Shown: piece by piece, positions 61,655 through 64,000 of the stretch | Position numbering within the stretch: the stretch's first letter is position 1 | How the letters are laid out: each line of letters begins with the position of its first letter | Origin: Mustelus asterias | Lineage: Eukaryota | Assembly (NCBI RefSeq): GCF_964213995.1 | Contig: NC_135804.1 | Location: forward strand, 94,736,001 to 94,800,000 | Reading direction: 5' to 3' | DNA: 64,000 bases | The notes under the pieces: generated by a model | Told to the model about the DNA's origin: nothing | Seen by the model: only the letters and a program-made list of their open reading frames with translations | The model's database searches: none | Position numbers and translations under genes: made by a program

Positions 61655-61882
61655 CCAAGCGACTCTTCCCTGCAGCCATCAAACTTTTGAATGTATCTAC
61701 CTCACATTAAGTTGATCTTTCTGTATACCCTAGCTGTGACTTAGCACTACATTCTGCACTCTCTCCTTCCCTATGTATGGTATGCTTTGTATAGCGCACA
61801 AGAAACAATACTTTTCATTGTACATGTGACAATAATAAATCAATACTTTTCATTTTACATGTGACAATAATAAATCAAATCA
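61655..61882 (+). mobile_element. Rex1/Babar-type LINE 3' UTR with duplicated terminus
   Basis: TTCCCTGCAGCCATCAAACTTTTGAATG...; CAATACTTTTCATT(G/T)TACATGTGACAATAATAAATCAA occurs twice in tandem. Confidence 0.7.
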
Positions 61883-62633
61883 ACTCACGCAGAACTGCTG
61901 GTGAATTTAATAGCAGCACCACATTACCGTTCTTTTGTTCTGGTTTCCAACTGGCAGCTGGGTATATTGACAGCCTGGCCAGGTGACCAGGAGCGAAGAC
62001 CATTGGTGGGAGACTGCAGTGAGGGGCCTTTTGGTTTGGTCCCCAGCAATCAGGAGGTGGCAGCGTTGGCAATTGAGTTGGTGAGGGGCATGTCAGTAAT
62101 AAGTGGGGAGAGAGAGATATTGCAGTTGCAAGGGGAGAGAGAGTGACAAACAGTGGGGGTAGGGGGGAGAGAGAGAGAGAGTGATCAGCAAGGGGGAGAA
62201 CTTTAAGGCACCTCTGAGATGCTGGGGAAGAACGTCTACCATTGGCTGAAAAGAGCACTTACCTTGTCCAGCCCACATTGACCCCAAGCCAACCCATGCA
62301 GCAGCATTGAATTTGAATCAGATGCCCAGTTGTACTGTGTTGAGTTGATTTAAAAATGCTAATAAAGTGTCCCATTTCCAATGTGGTGGGTTATTCTGAT
62401 ACCTGCTGCTATAAACAAGGCTGCAGCATTTGCATGGTGTGTTGGAAACATGTTCTGATATTTACCCCCCACTAATTTCTCCCGCCTTTCATTGGGTGGG
62501 TGTCAATATTGAGACTGTAATGGCTGAAGGATTGGTTTAATATAATGGAATGGAAGATGCAGGAGAAGCACTATGATCCAGGGTTAGAAAAGTGGAGGTT
62601 AGGATGTTAGTGTGGCAGGGTAAAGAATATTAC

Positions 62634-63169
62634 GGGCAAAATCTTGCCAAAAAATCAGTGTTGTTTTATGACAAGCCCCCAGCCCCACCCACAACCAGCA
62701 ATCTCTTCTCTCTTTCTCTTCCCCCCGAACCCCCAGAATTGGAGCCAGCACCCCTTCCGCAACAGCCATCGCCAGTATCCGGCATCCCCTGCTTGTTGGA
62801 CCGCTCCCAGCCCAGAAGCACAGCAGCATTAATGCCCTCCCATCCCCCCAGCCCATGAGGCTCCCATCAGGGCCCAGAACTTGGCACTGGTTGGTACTGC
62901 CAGGGGCACTGCCTAGCCATGTGCCTTGTCCCCTGGGGGCTGTGCTTAACTTTGCACCCCTGGGAAGATCCTCACTTAGATTCACATCTGCGTGAGCCTG
63001 TTGTGAATGTCAGAACAGTGTCACGATACGGCGGGGGAGCAGGGTCATCGTATTGAAAGTGCCGATGACATCACTGGCAAGGGGCGGGAAAGATCCGAGG
63101 TTGCATTACTGTGACTTCTGGATCTTGAGCCCCCGGCAGCAACTTCACAGTTGGCTCAAGATTTTGCCC
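62634..63169. mobile_element. MITE, Harbinger-type
   Basis: Perfect 13-bp TIR GGGCAAAATCTTG / CAAGATTTTGCCC; 3-bp flanks TAC/TAT. Confidence 0.8.
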
Positions 63170-63379
63170 TATGTAGACAGGATGGAAGTTCAAACCTCCT
63201 GGATCTTTCCTTTTTGACTTTTCAATCCCTTCTCTCTCCCTTCCTTTATCTCTCAAGTTCTTCCTCATTTATCAAATAAATTTACCTCTTACTTTTCAAA
63301 TGTTCTTTTTTACTGTATTTATATATGTTGAAGTAGTATTCTCAGTTTATGTATATCATTCAGTGCTTTACATACTTCA

Positions 63380-63890
63380 ATAAAGTCTCCTTCGCACTGC
63401 TTCAATGCACTCCAGGCTGGTTTCCCACATTTTGCCCTCTGTAAAGTGAATATCATCCAAAACACTATTGCCTGTGTCTTAACTTGCACCAAGACCCTTC
63501 TACCTTTTATGCCTGTGTTCACTGATCTAGTTCGGCACCTGGTGAAGCAGCATCTTGATTTAAAAATTCTCATCTTTGTTTTCAAAACCCATCATGGCCT
63601 CACCCTTATCTATCTTTGTAACCTCCTCCAAGTAATCTGACCTCCTTTATTCCAGCCTCTTGAGCATCCCTGATTTTATTCACTCCACCCTTGATGCCTT
63701 CAGTTGCCTATGCCCTAAGCTCTTGAATAGCCTCCCTACACCTCCACAATCCTGTCCCTCAGTTTCCTCCTTCAAAACATTCCTTAAAACCAACTGTTTG
63801 ACCAAGCCTTTGACCATTCAATATGTCTCCTTCTGCGGCTAGATGCCATACTTTGATTTATTATGCATTTGTAAAGCATCTTGGAACCCA
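63380..63890 (+). mobile_element. Old L2 LINE 3' fragment
   Basis: IQNTIACVLT...LKILIFVFKTHHGL...YLCNLLQ and AFS...PKLLNSLP...FKTFLKT, typical of the L2 C-terminus. Confidence 0.7.
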
Positions 63891-64000
63891 TCCGCCCCAT
63901 TGTCCTTCCCAGCATGGACACGGTGTTTTTATGTGCATTAATTTATTTCACTGGGGTGAATCATGAACAAACAATATCATGGATGGAATTTTCCATTCGC

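Overview
This is repeat-dense eukaryotic genomic DNA. The SINE and LINE families (HE1/V-SINE-type, Deu-domain SINE, HER1/CR1-type LINEs) point to a cartilaginous fish, most likely a shark; this is an inference from repeat content. The only host gene I can support is a first coding exon of a KHNYN/N4BP1-family gene (8745-8915, + strand, phase-0 GT donor). I found no second exon, so the remaining ~55 kb is probably intron 1. The rest is transposon-derived: Gypsy and GalEa-type Copia LTR elements, CR1, RTE, L2 and Rex1/Babar LINEs, tRNA-derived SINEs, Harbinger and Tigger-like DNA transposons, and about 12 insertions of one Penelope-like (GIY-YIG) family. The Penelope-like family is the main signal. 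Most copies carry a covarying minimal hammerhead ribozyme, insert as fold-back palindromes with 8-15 bp target duplications, and start their inverted arm at a fixed site. Two copies end at the predicted self-cleavage position, one site was hit twice, and one copy captured ~0.7 kb of a neighbouring copy plus unique flank from 6 kb away. Other highlights are a solo LTR flanked by a ~780 bp direct duplication and a LINE with a tRNA-like head and no room for ORF1 that appears to have produced its own SINE. Coordinates of old repeats are approximate and family names come from motif recognition, not database searches.
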